Shown here one piece after another: positions 19,359 through 28,497 of a stretch of DNA of 33,727 nt (positions are counted from its first letter, which is position 1; each line of letters begins with the position of its first letter). The notes beneath the pieces are model-generated. The model searched no databases, was not told the DNA's origin, and saw nothing but the letters and a program-made list of their open reading frames with translations. Source of the stretch: Acidimicrobiia bacterium. GTDB taxonomy: Bacteria > Actinomycetota > Acidimicrobiia > Spongiisociales > UBA5794. The stretch is taken from contig BTQP01000003.1 of the NCBI GenBank assembly GCA_036985935.1, forward strand, positions 1 through 33,727, in the 5' to 3' direction. The position numbers and the translations under genes were made by a program.

Positions 19359-20336
19359 TCAGGATGATGCAGCGGCGATTCCCGAGGCGATCGTGCCGAC
19401 GAGATCCTGGGCGACACCCTCGGCGGCGATCTGAATTGCATTGTCGATCGCAATACGGTTTGCCCGACCGTGTGAGATCACGACGACACCCTTCGTTCCC
19501 ACCAGGTGTGCACCGCCGACGGTGTCGGGTGACAGCCGCTCCCTCAGTTCCATGAAGGCGGGTGTCAACGTCGCTACGAGTTCCTGGTACTCAGGTTTCG
19601 CCAACATCTCGAGCACCATCTTTTGGATCACTTTGCCTGCGCCCTCTCCAGTCTTGAGAAGGACATTGCCGGTGAACCCATCGGTAACGATGACGTCTGC
19701 TGCGGCAGTGGCGAGATCACGGCCTTCCACGTTGCCGATGAAGTTGATTGCTTCGGTCCGCGACAGGAGTTCGAACGCTTCCTTCTCGAGAGGCCGACCC
19801 TTCGATTGCTCTTCACCGATATTGAGCAGGCCGACCTTCGGGTTCTCGATACGGAGATACACAGTTGACAGTGCGGATCCCATCACGGCGAATTGCACGA
19901 GGTGTTTTGGTTTGCACTCGATGTTCGCTCCGACGTCGATTATCACGTGCCCCGTCGGAAAAATCGATGCGATTCCCGGTCGCGTGACACCCTTGAGCCG
20001 CCCGATGAGGAAAGCGGCGGAGGCGATCGCGGCACCCGTAGACCCGGCTGAAACGAGAGCATCTGCGTGCCCATCTGCGACCATACGAGCCGCAACAACG
20101 ATTGAAGAATCCTTTTTCTCACGAATGGCCCGCGCAGGATCGTCCTTCATCTCGATGGTCTCGCTTGCGTGGCGAAGAGTTATCGAGTCGCCCCTGCCTG
20201 CAAGAACCGGTTCGATCTGTTCGGTGTCGCCTACAAGGACGACGTCGATGCCGGCTTCGGCGGCGATAATCGCCCCCTCGACTATCTCGCGAGGAGCGCT
20301 GTCGCCCCCCATGGCGTCTACGGCGATCAGTGGCAT
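19359..20336 (-). CDS. plsX: Phosphate acyltransferase PlsX
   Basis: IAVDAMGGDSAP, SAGSTGA, DVGAN, LLNIGEE, GNVEGRD, TDGFTGNVLLK and ISHG. Confidence 0.96.
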   Translation of the reverse strand: MPLIAVDAMGGDSAPREIVEGAIIAAEAGIDVVLVGDTEQIEPVLAGRGDSITLRHASETIEMKDDPARAIREKKDSSIVVAARMVADGHADALVSAGSTGAAIASAAFLIGRLKGVTRPGIASIFPTGHVIIDVGANIECKPKHLVQFAVMGSALSTVYLRIENPKVGLLNIGEEQSKGRPLEKEAFELLSRTEAINFIGNVEGRDLATAAADVIVTDGFTGNVLLKTGEGAGKVIQKMVLEMLAKPEYQELVATLTPAFMELRERLSPDTVGGAHLVGTKGVVVISHGRANRIAIDNAIQIAAEGVAQDLVGTIASGIAAASS

Positions 20337-20341
20337 GTGGG

Positions 20342-20518
20342 TTACGACGCTTCGATGACTTCGCGTCCGTTATACATGCCGCAGTTCGAACACGCACGAT
20401 GCGGCGTGTGTGGAGCATTGCACGTCGAGCAACGGGCGATCGTGGGACGTGCGACCTTCCACTGAGCCTTGCGGCGTCGAGTCCGGGAACGCGACATCTT
20501 CTTTTTTGGCACTGCCAT
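20342..20518 (-). CDS. rpmF: 50S ribosomal protein L32 (Zn-ribbon, C+ form)
   Basis: MAVPKKKMSRSRTRRRKAQW...CSTC...PHRACSNCGMYNGR. SD GAGGA. Confidence 0.96.
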   Translation of the reverse strand: MAVPKKKMSRSRTRRRKAQWKVARPTIARCSTCNAPHTPHRACSNCGMYNGREVIEAS

Positions 20519-20520
20519 GA

Positions 20521-21042
20521 TCAATCCTCTTCTGTTCGTTCCGCGGGCTCGAGGAGGTCCTTGAGGACGGCGAAGGGCGAACGGGAATCGCCCTCTTCAC
20601 CCGGGAGATCAGTATTCAAGTCTATTCCCGGGCTAGTCACAACTTCACACGTGTCTTTCCCGCAATCCTGGGACACGGGAAGCGAGAGAATCACCTCGTC
20701 TCGCAGCAACTGCTCGACGTCGATATCGTGGCCATCGAGCGGGTAACTCTCATCATCGTCGTCCGCTGTGTCGAAGAGCGCGCCGATTGCGGCATGCCGA
20801 TCGGTCGAGAATTCGTCAAGGCATCGAAAGCACGTGTCGAGGGTTGTATGCCGAACGGTCCCCGTCACCGCGACACCACCGGACACGGGGTGCAACGTCA
20901 GATCGGCCACGATCGGGATGTCTGGGGACACCCTGCTCATCTCGATCCCCCAATCGACGGTCTGTTCGATCGTCACAGAACGCGGCGACGCATCCCTGCC
21001 AAGCAGGTCGGCAACATTGAGCACAAAGGGACCACGGATCAT
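20521..21042 (-). CDS. yceD: YceD/DUF177 family protein (23S rRNA accumulation)
   Basis: CFRCL motif, IDVEQLLRDEVILSLP and SPFAVLKDL. Sits directly upstream of rpmF, as is usual. Confidence 0.85.
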   Translation of the reverse strand: MIRGPFVLNVADLLGRDASPRSVTIEQTVDWGIEMSRVSPDIPIVADLTLHPVSGGVAVTGTVRHTTLDTCFRCLDEFSTDRHAAIGALFDTADDDDESYPLDGHDIDVEQLLRDEVILSLPVSQDCGKDTCEVVTSPGIDLNTDLPGEEGDSRSPFAVLKDLLEPAERTEED

Positions 21043-21068
21043 GCCACGCAGGGTACCCGTTGGGGACC

Positions 21069-21590
21069 CTATTGAGAGACCGGAGGCTCCTCAGCGGGCG
21101 GCAAAGCCTTGTGCAGCTCGGCTCTTGCCTCCGTCACGTACCGATAGAGCTCACCAAGAATCGTTTCGGCCTCGGAGAGGTGCCGTTCCGCGTAATCCTC
21201 GGCTTCAAGTCGAATCCGTCTGGCTTCGTTCTCAGCGCTCCGCACCAGAGTGTTTGCCTCTTCAACGGCCTCTTGAACGATGTAGTTTTCTGAGATCAGC
21301 TGCTCGGACTCCACCTTCGCTGCAGAAATGACCTCGCGAGCCTTCTCGTTCGTCCGGGTGATATACGATTCGCGCTCGCGAACCATCCATCGCGCGGCAC
21401 GTACCTCCTCCGGCAACTCCTCTGCGGCTGCATGCAACCTGTCGAGCAGGTCCTCCTGGTTGATCATTACGTTGCTCGACAGGGGCACGGCGCGGGCGGC
21501 CTCGATCTCTGAGATGAGATCCTCGATGAGTTCAGAGATCTTGCCGGGGACGGGTGGTGTCTGGCGTGATTCGTCCGGATGGTCGATCAT
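21069..21590 (-). CDS. sepIVA: Coiled-coil DivIVA-like protein, probable SepIVA orthologue
   Basis: IEAARAVPLSSNVMIN..LL..L....EELPEEVRAARW followed by a coiled coil and EAEDYAERHL. Located between coaD and DUF177, as in Streptomyces. Confidence 0.65.
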   Translation of the reverse strand: MIDHPDESRQTPPVPGKISELIEDLISEIEAARAVPLSSNVMINQEDLLDRLHAAAEELPEEVRAARWMVRERESYITRTNEKAREVISAAKVESEQLISENYIVQEAVEEANTLVRSAENEARRIRLEAEDYAERHLSEAETILGELYRYVTEARAELHKALPPAEEPPVSQ

Positions 21591-22063
21591 TCAAGACGCT
21601 CCTTTAAGGCTGCGGCGACTGGTTCAGGAACAAGCGCATCGACAGACCCGCCGAGCCTTGCTACTTCTTTCACAAGAGATGAGGATAGGTAGCCGTACTC
21701 CGGTTTCGTAGCGACGAAGAGAGACACGACGTCACCGGACAGATGTCGATTCATCTGTGACATCTGGATCTCGAACTCGAAATCCGTCACGGCCCGCAGA
21801 CCCTTGACCACGGTTTTCGCCCCAACCTCGCGAGCGAAATCGACCAGGAGACCCTCGAAACTGGCGACCCGCACGTTCGGCCACGCTGCACAGCAGGCCT
21901 CAAGCAACTCCACACGTTCTTGTGCGGTGAAAAGCGGCGTCTTTGACGGGTTGTGGACAACAGATACAACCACCTCATCGAAAAGTGACGCACACCGCTC
22001 AACGACGTCGAGGTGGCCCTTCGTCGGCGGATCGAAACTGCCCGGCACGAGCGCTGTTATCAC
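21587..22063 (-). CDS. coaD: Phosphopantetheine adenylyltransferase
   Basis: PGSFDPPTKGHLDV, KGLRAVTDFEFE and LSSSLVKEVA. Confidence 0.97.
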   Translation of the reverse strand: MITALVPGSFDPPTKGHLDVVERCASLFDEVVVSVVHNPSKTPLFTAQERVELLEACCAAWPNVRVASFEGLLVDFAREVGAKTVVKGLRAVTDFEFEIQMSQMNRHLSGDVVSLFVATKPEYGYLSSSLVKEVARLGGSVDALVPEPVAAALKERLE

Positions 22064-22596
22064 GATGTAGCCCTCTCCATCATGGTTAGTACAGCATCAC
22101 CGTAACGCCGCTGGTCTTTACAAGTGAGGAATTCAGGCAAAACGATGTCACTGGACGCTTGCCGGTGCACAACAACCAGGCCCGATGAAGCGAGCACCCG
22201 ATCCAATGCCGCAAGCGTCAACAACACATCCGCATCCGGGTCAGAGTATGGCGGGTCGACGAAGACCAGATCGAATGTTCCAGAGAGGCGTGAAAGAACC
22301 CCCGGAAGCGTTCCATGAGTCACCGTGCCACCGAGCCCAACGGCCACCACATTCTTGTGAATCTTTTCGACGGCCGTCCGGTCGCCTTCGACGAAAACCG
22401 CATCCGTTGCCCCTCGACTGAGTGCCTCGAGACCGAGAGATCCCGAACCGGCGTAGAGATCCAGGACGTGGGCATCGAAAAGTCGATCGCGCAGAATCGA
22501 AAATACTGATTCACGGGCGCGGCCGGTCATAGGCCGTGTGCCAGTCTCCGGCACGGCCAACCGCGTGCCCTTTGACCTTCCAGCGATGATTCGCAT
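22060..22596 (-). CDS. rsmD: 16S rRNA m2G966 methyltransferase RsmD
   Basis: MRIIAG, TRPMTGRARESVF, VLDLYAGSGSLGLEALSRGA and FVDPPY. Confidence 0.95.
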   Translation of the reverse strand: MRIIAGRSKGTRLAVPETGTRPMTGRARESVFSILRDRLFDAHVLDLYAGSGSLGLEALSRGATDAVFVEGDRTAVEKIHKNVVAVGLGGTVTHGTLPGVLSRLSGTFDLVFVDPPYSDPDADVLLTLAALDRVLASSGLVVVHRQASSDIVLPEFLTCKDQRRYGDAVLTMMERATS

Positions 22597-22599
22597 CTT

Positions 22600-24804
22600 T
22601 CAACTCCGTGACAACCATTCGGTATCTCGACCGAACAAGAGCGCCGCTTCCTCGATTATCCCCGCGACAAAGGATCCGTCCCGATCCCCATTCACCGCCA
22701 CCGTGGCAACGCTGCGTGCCGCTTCGAGCAGTTCGTGATCAGCAAGGATATCGCCGAGTTTGAGGTCGGCTGCCCCGGACTGAGACCCTGCAAACACCGT
22801 GCCCTGCCCACGAATCTCAAGATCAACTGTCGCGAGCTCGAAGCCGTCATTCGATGCGATCATCGCCTCGATCCGACGCTCGCCATCCTCGCCGTTTGCA
22901 TCTGTGGCGAGGATGCATAAACCACCGTGCTCACCGCGACCTACGCGTCCGCGAAGCTGATGCAGCTGACTGAGACCGAATCGTTCGGCACTGCGGATCA
23001 CCATCAACGTCGCGTTCGGAACGTCGATACCGACTTCGATCACGGTCGTTGCCACCAGGACGTCGATGTCCCCGTCGGCGAATCGGGCCATGATCTGTGC
23101 TTTGTCGACCGATTTCAGCTGTCCGTGAAGCAGCTCGATGCGTATGGCCGGCAACGACGAGCGCATCCTTGCGAACTCGGTTACTGCCGAGCGGGCCTCG
23201 ATCTTGTCGGAGGGCTCGACGAGCGGGCAGACAACGAATACCTGGCGGTTCTCCGCAACAGCGGCTTGCACGACCAGGTCGATCTCGTCGTCCGCGCTTT
23301 CAGGAACGGCTTCCGTCGCTATGGGCGAACGTCCCGGCGGTAGCTCGGCGATCACCGACACGTCGAGGTCTCCATAGAGCGTCATCGCAAGCGTGCGCGG
23401 TATCGGCGTTGCCGTCATGAGCAGAAGATCGGGGGTGCCCTCGCCCTCTGCCGCGTCTCGCAACACGACGCGTTGCTCAACGCCGAAGCGGTGCTGCTCA
23501 TCGACAACAGTCGTTCCAAGGGATCTGAACGCTACATCACTCTGTATCAACGCCTGCGTTCCGAAAGCGATGTCGATCGTGCCATCACGTAACCAGGCGA
23601 GTCCTTGATCCCTCGACACATCGCCTCTCACGAAGTTGACGGTCACCCGCCCCGACGTGAAAAGACCTATTCGCACCGGCCGATCCGCGGTCGACTCGTC
23701 CCCAAAGAACGACTGTGTGCCAGCAGCGCCGAGGTCCGTCGGCGCCGGCGCTAGGTCCGCAGAGCACAGCGCCCGCTCTGTGCCGAGATAGTGCTGCGTT
23801 GCAAGAACCTCGGTCGGCGCCATGACAGCGCTCTGATGACCACTCTCCACGGATGCGAGAAGTGCAACGATCATCACCACCGTCTTTCCGGATCCAACTT
23901 CACCCTGAAGCAATCGATGCATCGGTGTTGATTCGTCCATGTCCCCGAGAATCTCACCAAGAACCGTCTCTTGCGCTTCCGTGAGGTCGTATGGGAGCGA
24001 AACGAGGAACCTCTGCATCAATGGGCCCTTTGTCGCATTGCTGATGCCGACCTGTGACTCGAATTCATCATGAGCACGCACCCGCAAAGCCATTTGGATC
24101 CGAAGGAACTCGTCAAAGATGAGTCGGCGACGCGCCGGGGCAATATCGTCGTAGGCATCGGGCGAGTGAACATCGCGAATCGACTGGCTTCGGTCTACAA
24201 GCCCGTATGTCGCCAGAACGATGTCGGGGACCACGTCGGTGATTGGGAGCGAGCGCGCGACCGCGCTTGCGGCGACTTGCTTCACTCGTGCCGGGCCCAT
24301 CCCACCGATGCCGGCGTATACGGGCAGGATCTTGCCTGTCTGGCGGTCCCTGTCGTCCGAAAGTCGATCTACCGCTGGCGACTTCATCTGGAGCGACCCT
24401 TTGAACGAATCGATCTTGCCGCTCAGGGCTACCTGCTCGCCCTTTTCCAGCGAGATATACGGATTGAACCAGACGACACGGACGCTGGCAGACCCGTCCG
24501 AGACCCTTGCTTCAACCATCGTCCGACCGCGGGTTATCCGTCTCTTTGAGAAGGAGGTGACCGTTCCGCGTACGGTTACGTCCTCCCCGACGGGTGCCCC
24601 GGCGATCTCGGACATGTTCGACCGATCGAGATACCTTCTCGGCACCGTGAGAAGCAAATCGGCGATCGAGTCGATTTTCTGTTCGCTGAGTTTTCTCTTC
24701 GTAACTGCACCCACGCCCGTGAGCCGATCGACCTCGATGCCACAGAGGTAGGCAAGCGTGCGGTACGCATCTGCCCTCGTCGGTTCCTGTTCGGGAGTCG
24801 TCAT
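22600..24804 (-). CDS. recG: ATP-dependent DNA helicase RecG
   Basis: PRRYLDR, OB wedge domain, RLLQGEVGSGKT, VDEQHRFGVEQR, MTATPIPRTLA and QLHQLRGRVGRG. Start set at ATG 24804 because the longer track ORF would overlap rpmB. Confidence 0.96.
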   Translation of the reverse strand: MTTPEQEPTRADAYRTLAYLCGIEVDRLTGVGAVTKRKLSEQKIDSIADLLLTVPRRYLDRSNMSEIAGAPVGEDVTVRGTVTSFSKRRITRGRTMVEARVSDGSASVRVVWFNPYISLEKGEQVALSGKIDSFKGSLQMKSPAVDRLSDDRDRQTGKILPVYAGIGGMGPARVKQVAASAVARSLPITDVVPDIVLATYGLVDRSQSIRDVHSPDAYDDIAPARRRLIFDEFLRIQMALRVRAHDEFESQVGISNATKGPLMQRFLVSLPYDLTEAQETVLGEILGDMDESTPMHRLLQGEVGSGKTVVMIVALLASVESGHQSAVMAPTEVLATQHYLGTERALCSADLAPAPTDLGAAGTQSFFGDESTADRPVRIGLFTSGRVTVNFVRGDVSRDQGLAWLRDGTIDIAFGTQALIQSDVAFRSLGTTVVDEQHRFGVEQRVVLRDAAEGEGTPDLLLMTATPIPRTLAMTLYGDLDVSVIAELPPGRSPIATEAVPESADDEIDLVVQAAVAENRQVFVVCPLVEPSDKIEARSAVTEFARMRSSLPAIRIELLHGQLKSVDKAQIMARFADGDIDVLVATTVIEVGIDVPNATLMVIRSAERFGLSQLHQLRGRVGRGEHGGLCILATDANGEDGERRIEAMIASNDGFELATVDLEIRGQGTVFAGSQSGAADLKLGDILADHELLEAARSVATVAVNGDRDGSFVAGIIEEAALLFGRDTEWLSRS

Positions 24805-24934
24805 CGTTGCGATGATGGTCTCATCACGGACACATTGCCACATGCGTGTGACAGGAAAACTCGCCATCGAGCCAGGACCCGAATACTGTTGTGCCGGTAG
24901 TATCCTCGCTTCGCACCTCAGGAGGTTTCCCGTT

Positions 24935-25123
24935 ATGGCATACAGATGTGAAGTCTGCGGCAAAGAACCGTGGACAGGCAAACAGGTCTCGTTCTCGCAC
25001 AAACGTTCTTCCAAGACGTGGCGACCCAACATCCAGAAGATCCGTGTCAAACATGGCAGCAACTCACGTCGCGCACGGGTTTGCACTTCGTGCATCAAAG
25101 CTGGCAAGGTCGAGAAGGTATGA
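24935..25123 (+). CDS. rpmB: 50S ribosomal protein L28 (Zn-binding C+ form)
   Basis: MAYRCEVCGK...VSFSHKRSSKTWRPNIQ...VCTSCIKAGKV. Strong SD AGGAGG upstream. Confidence 0.96.
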   Translation: MAYRCEVCGKEPWTGKQVSFSHKRSSKTWRPNIQKIRVKHGSNSRRARVCTSCIKAGKVEKV

Positions 25124-25332
25124 GCCAGGGCGTCGTCAAGACGTATGACGATGCAACAGGCATCGGCTTGATCGTTCGCGACGACGACCGCAGCGAGGTT
25201 CTCCTGAAACCGGGCAGCCTCGACGGATCACTGTTCCGATTCCTTCGACAGGGACAGAGGGTCCGATTCGACCAATCAGACGATGAGAAGCCCGTCGCAT
25301 CGAACCTTCGATTCGGTTCAGACGGCTACTGA
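25120..25332 (+). CDS. Cold-shock-domain-like small OB-fold protein with degenerate RNP motifs (70 aa)
   Basis: MSQGVVKTYDDATGIGLI...FRFLRQGQRVRFD...PVASNL parallels CspA (GTVKWFN..KGFGFI...FKTL.EGQ.V.F...P.A.NV). ATG overlaps the rpmB stop (ATGA). Confidence 0.75.
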   Translation: MSQGVVKTYDDATGIGLIVRDDDRSEVLLKPGSLDGSLFRFLRQGQRVRFDQSDDEKPVASNLRFGSDGY

Positions 25333-25379
25333 GCAAACGTAGGACGACCCGGCAATTCTGCCTCTGCTAGCCTTCGTCC

Positions 25380-25613
25380 ATGGTTCAGGCGTACATACTC
25401 ATTCAAACGGACAGCGGTCGTGCATCTGAGGTTGCCAAGGCGATCGCAAAGATCGACGGTGTCGATTCTTCCGAGGCTGTGACCGGTCCATACGACGTGA
25501 TCGTTGCAGCAAAAGCCGCAGACGTCGATGCATTGGGACACCTCGTTGTCACGCAGATCCAACCGGTCGTTGGCATCGTCCGAACACTGACCTGCCCCGT
25601 CGTTCGTCTGTAG
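25380..25613 (+). CDS. Stand-alone Lrp/AsnC ligand-binding (RAM) domain protein
   Basis: 77 aa, MVQAYILIQT...VTGPYDVIV...IVRTLTCPVV, with no HTH. Adjacent to ddl, as in other actinobacteria. Confidence 0.88.
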   Translation: MVQAYILIQTDSGRASEVAKAIAKIDGVDSSEAVTGPYDVIVAAKAADVDALGHLVVTQIQPVVGIVRTLTCPVVRL

Positions 25614-25633
25614 CAAGTTCCTTCAGAGCTGGC

Positions 25634-26677
25634 TCAGCGAATGGCCAGGTTGCCGCGTTCGTCGTACCGCTCGATGGCCGCGTCCACGAGCCGGCTGCAC
25701 AGTTCTGGATACGTCAATCCGGATGCAATCCACACTTTGGGAAATCCTGATATCGATGTGAAACCCGGCAAGGTATTCACCTCATTGAACAGGAACCTGC
25801 GAGTGCCGTTTTCGTAGAAGAAATCGACCCGTGCAAGACCGGACAGGCCAAGCATCTCGAATATTCGCTCCGCGAGATCCCTCACCTGTCTCGACGCCTC
25901 AAGGGAAAGTTTGGCGGGCGCCTCGAACGAGCTCGTGTCGTCTTGATATTTCGCGTCGTATGTGTACCAACCGTCAGCGACGAGAACTTCGCCGGGAACC
26001 GAACTGATGGGTCCGTCAAGCACGCCAACCTCGATCTCACGAGCGGAGATGGCCTTCTCGACGACGACTTTCGTGTCGTATCGAAAAGCTTTGCTTATCG
26101 CTTCCTTCAAGGCGCCCTCGTCCGTCGCCTTTGAGATCCCCACCGAAGAGCCTTGTGCCGAGGGTTTCACGAATACCGGCAACCCGAGCGCTGTCATCGC
26201 CTCGCCGATAGCGATACTGGGATCGTCATCCCACTCCTTGCGGCGCACCGTGATCCATGGCGAGGTTGCGATTCCCTTCGAGGCCACGATCTGCTTCGTG
26301 AGATCCTTGTCCATGGCCAGTGCGCCACCGAGAACTCCACACCCGACGTAGGGAAGGTTGCACGTCTCGAGAGCACCTTGCACCGTCCCGTCCTCTCCAT
26401 ACGGTCCGTGGAGGACAGGGAACGCAACATCGAACTCGATCACGTCGTCCCCAACGGCGAGTGAACCTTCGGGAACCAGCAGCTCGACCTGGCGTCCTTC
26501 TGCTCGGAATGGTCGGAACGAGGGATCTGCGAGAAACCACGACCCGGATCGGTCGATGCCAACGGTAATCACCCGGTGTTTTGACTCGATGAGAGCGTCG
26601 TGCACGGACACTGCGGACGCGCACGAAACCTCATGTTCAGATGATCGTCCGCCGAAGAGAAGAAGCACTCGAGCCAT
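25634..26677 (-). CDS. ddl: D-alanine--D-alanine ligase
   Basis: FGGRSSEHEVS, FPVLHGPYGEDGTVQG, MDKD, FVKPSAQGSSVGI, YTYDAKY and NEVNTLPGFT. Confidence 0.96.
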   Translation of the reverse strand: MARVLLLFGGRSSEHEVSCASAVSVHDALIESKHRVITVGIDRSGSWFLADPSFRPFRAEGRQVELLVPEGSLAVGDDVIEFDVAFPVLHGPYGEDGTVQGALETCNLPYVGCGVLGGALAMDKDLTKQIVASKGIATSPWITVRRKEWDDDPSIAIGEAMTALGLPVFVKPSAQGSSVGISKATDEGALKEAISKAFRYDTKVVVEKAISAREIEVGVLDGPISSVPGEVLVADGWYTYDAKYQDDTSSFEAPAKLSLEASRQVRDLAERIFEMLGLSGLARVDFFYENGTRRFLFNEVNTLPGFTSISGFPKVWIASGLTYPELCSRLVDAAIERYDERGNLAIR

Positions 26678-26723
26678 GTCTGGAGGGTACCGTGTCAGTC
26701 AGAGAGAGCTAAGGATTGCGGTC

Positions 26724-28487
26724 GTGGGTGAACGAGATCTGATAATCGACTACCGGGTCAAAGTCGTCACCACGGGACTCATCGTCTCGTGGTTCGGCTT
26801 CGTCATCTTCGCCCTGTGGACCCTGTCCCTCGAGGACGTCGATACCGCTGCCACGATCATCGCTCTCGGTGGGTTCCTGTTCGGTCTCGTCATCTTGACG
26901 TTCGCCCCATGGCGATCACTTCTCGCCTCCCGCCTGGGAGACTGGCTTCTCGTGGTGTGGACCGTTGCCGCGATCCTGGCCGTGATGATGTTCGAGGTCC
27001 GGAGGGAGTTGCAACCCAACGGAATCGGTTTCCTGCTCGTCACGTTCTTCGCGGCAGCCACGCTCGTGTCGAATCGCACCCTGATCACGATCGGCGGGGT
27101 CTCTGGAATCGCATTTGCGGCCACGGTCATTGCCTTAAGCGGCTTCGACACCGCCACCCTTGGCGGGCATCTCTTGCCCTTCATCGGTGCGATCGTTTTC
27201 GTCCTACTGCTCTCGGTCGGTATCCGCGCCCAGCTCGACCAAACGAACGAGGCGTACCAACAGCTCGCCGACCGAGAATCGGCGCTCGCCATCCAGGAGC
27301 GTGAGCTCTCCCAGTTGTACGACGTGTCGCGAACCATCGGCGCCGGCTCGAAACTCAACGAGGTACTGCCAGAGCTCGTCGGCAGAGTCGCTCAGTCGGT
27401 CAACGCGCGGATCGGTCTCGTACTGCTCTACGACCCGGACGCTGAGCTCCTGGGCCTCATGTCCCCAATCTGGGTTTCCGGTCATACCGTGCATGCCGAC
27501 GACTTTCAGATGGCGCTCGACGAGTACGGAATCGGCCAGCGCGTCTTCATGAGCGGAGACGGTCAGATCCTCAACGAACTTGCGGAGGATGGCGTGAGGG
27601 ACCGTCTCGTTGGGGAACTCGAAGCTACCACGGTCGCGGCGGTTGCTCTCCGGATCGAGAACCGTACGATCGGTGTGCTACTCGTGGGCGACAAACCCGA
27701 CGGATTCTCAGAAAGCGACCTCGAGACACTCGAGTCAGTCGCAGCTCCGGCCGCTCTCGTCCTGAATCAGATGACGAGATACGAGGAAGCTCGTTCGGCG
27801 AGTGAGCGCATGGCCGAACTCGCCCAGATGAAGACAGATTTCGTGTCCGTTGTCTCTCACGAACTCCGAACTCCACTTACGTCCATCATCGGTGCCCTCG
27901 GAACACTCAAACGACCGGAGCTTGCGCCCGAAGATCCACGGGCGCGTTCCCTGATCGAAATGGCCGAGAAACAGTCGAACCGCCTCAGAACTCTGATCGA
28001 AGACCTGCTCGTGATGTCGCGCATCGAGGCGGATTCGTTGCCGATACGCCCGGAGGAAATCAAGCTCGATCCCTTCCTCGCCGATCTCATCGAGTCGTGG
28101 CCGAACGGTGACCGCGTCTCGTACGAGCCCGTCCCAGGAATGGGAACGGTGCGCTCGGACCCGGACCACCTCGCCCGGGTTGTGACGAACCTGCTTGACA
28201 ACGCTATGAAGTACGGCGGCGACGGTCAGATCGAACTGCAAACGACGGTGAGCAGGGGCGAGGTGCATCTGTCGGTCATCGATCACGGCCCGGGGATCCC
28301 GTACGACCAGCACGAGCAGATCTTCGAACGTTTCACACAACTTCAGCCGAACACGACTCGTTCAGAGGGCGGCGCGGGACTCGGTTTGTCGATCGTCAAG
28401 GGTCTTGTAGAAGCAATGGATGGACGGATCTGGTACGAACCGACCGTTGGTGGCGGCGCGACCTTCACCGTTGCAATCCCGACGTAG
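26724..28487 (+). CDS. Membrane-bound GAF-domain sensor histidine kinase (orphan)
   Basis: About 6 N-terminal TM segments, a coiled coil, a GAF-like region, H-box SHELRTPLTSI, N-box NLLDNAMKY, DHGPGI and GAGLGLSIVK. The GTG start at 26724 is inferred because upstream in-frame starts overlap ddl. Confidence 0.9.
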   Translation: MGERDLIIDYRVKVVTTGLIVSWFGFVIFALWTLSLEDVDTAATIIALGGFLFGLVILTFAPWRSLLASRLGDWLLVVWTVAAILAVMMFEVRRELQPNGIGFLLVTFFAAATLVSNRTLITIGGVSGIAFAATVIALSGFDTATLGGHLLPFIGAIVFVLLLSVGIRAQLDQTNEAYQQLADRESALAIQERELSQLYDVSRTIGAGSKLNEVLPELVGRVAQSVNARIGLVLLYDPDAELLGLMSPIWVSGHTVHADDFQMALDEYGIGQRVFMSGDGQILNELAEDGVRDRLVGELEATTVAAVALRIENRTIGVLLVGDKPDGFSESDLETLESVAAPAALVLNQMTRYEEARSASERMAELAQMKTDFVSVVSHELRTPLTSIIGALGTLKRPELAPEDPRARSLIEMAEKQSNRLRTLIEDLLVMSRIEADSLPIRPEEIKLDPFLADLIESWPNGDRVSYEPVPGMGTVRSDPDHLARVVTNLLDNAMKYGGDGQIELQTTVSRGEVHLSVIDHGPGIPYDQHEQIFERFTQLQPNTTRSEGGAGLGLSIVKGLVEAMDGRIWYEPTVGGGATFTVAIPT

Positions 28488-28497
28488 GAGCCTGAGG

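Noticed and set aside
24805-25107. 101-aa N-terminal extension of RecG in the ORF track
   Set aside because: It is antisense to rpmB and its promoter region. The ATG at 24804 has a suitably placed -10 and gives a normal-sized RecG.
25634-26677. Glycopeptide-resistance (Van-type) ligase next to a sensor kinase
   Set aside because: The omega loop reads WYTYDAKY with the Tyr typical of D-Ala-D-Ala ligases. There is no vanH, vanX or vanR, and the kinase does not have VanS architecture.
26358-26723. N-terminal extension of the histidine kinase in the ORF track
   Set aside because: It overlaps ddl on the opposite strand and translates to Ser/Arg/Pro-rich shadow sequence.
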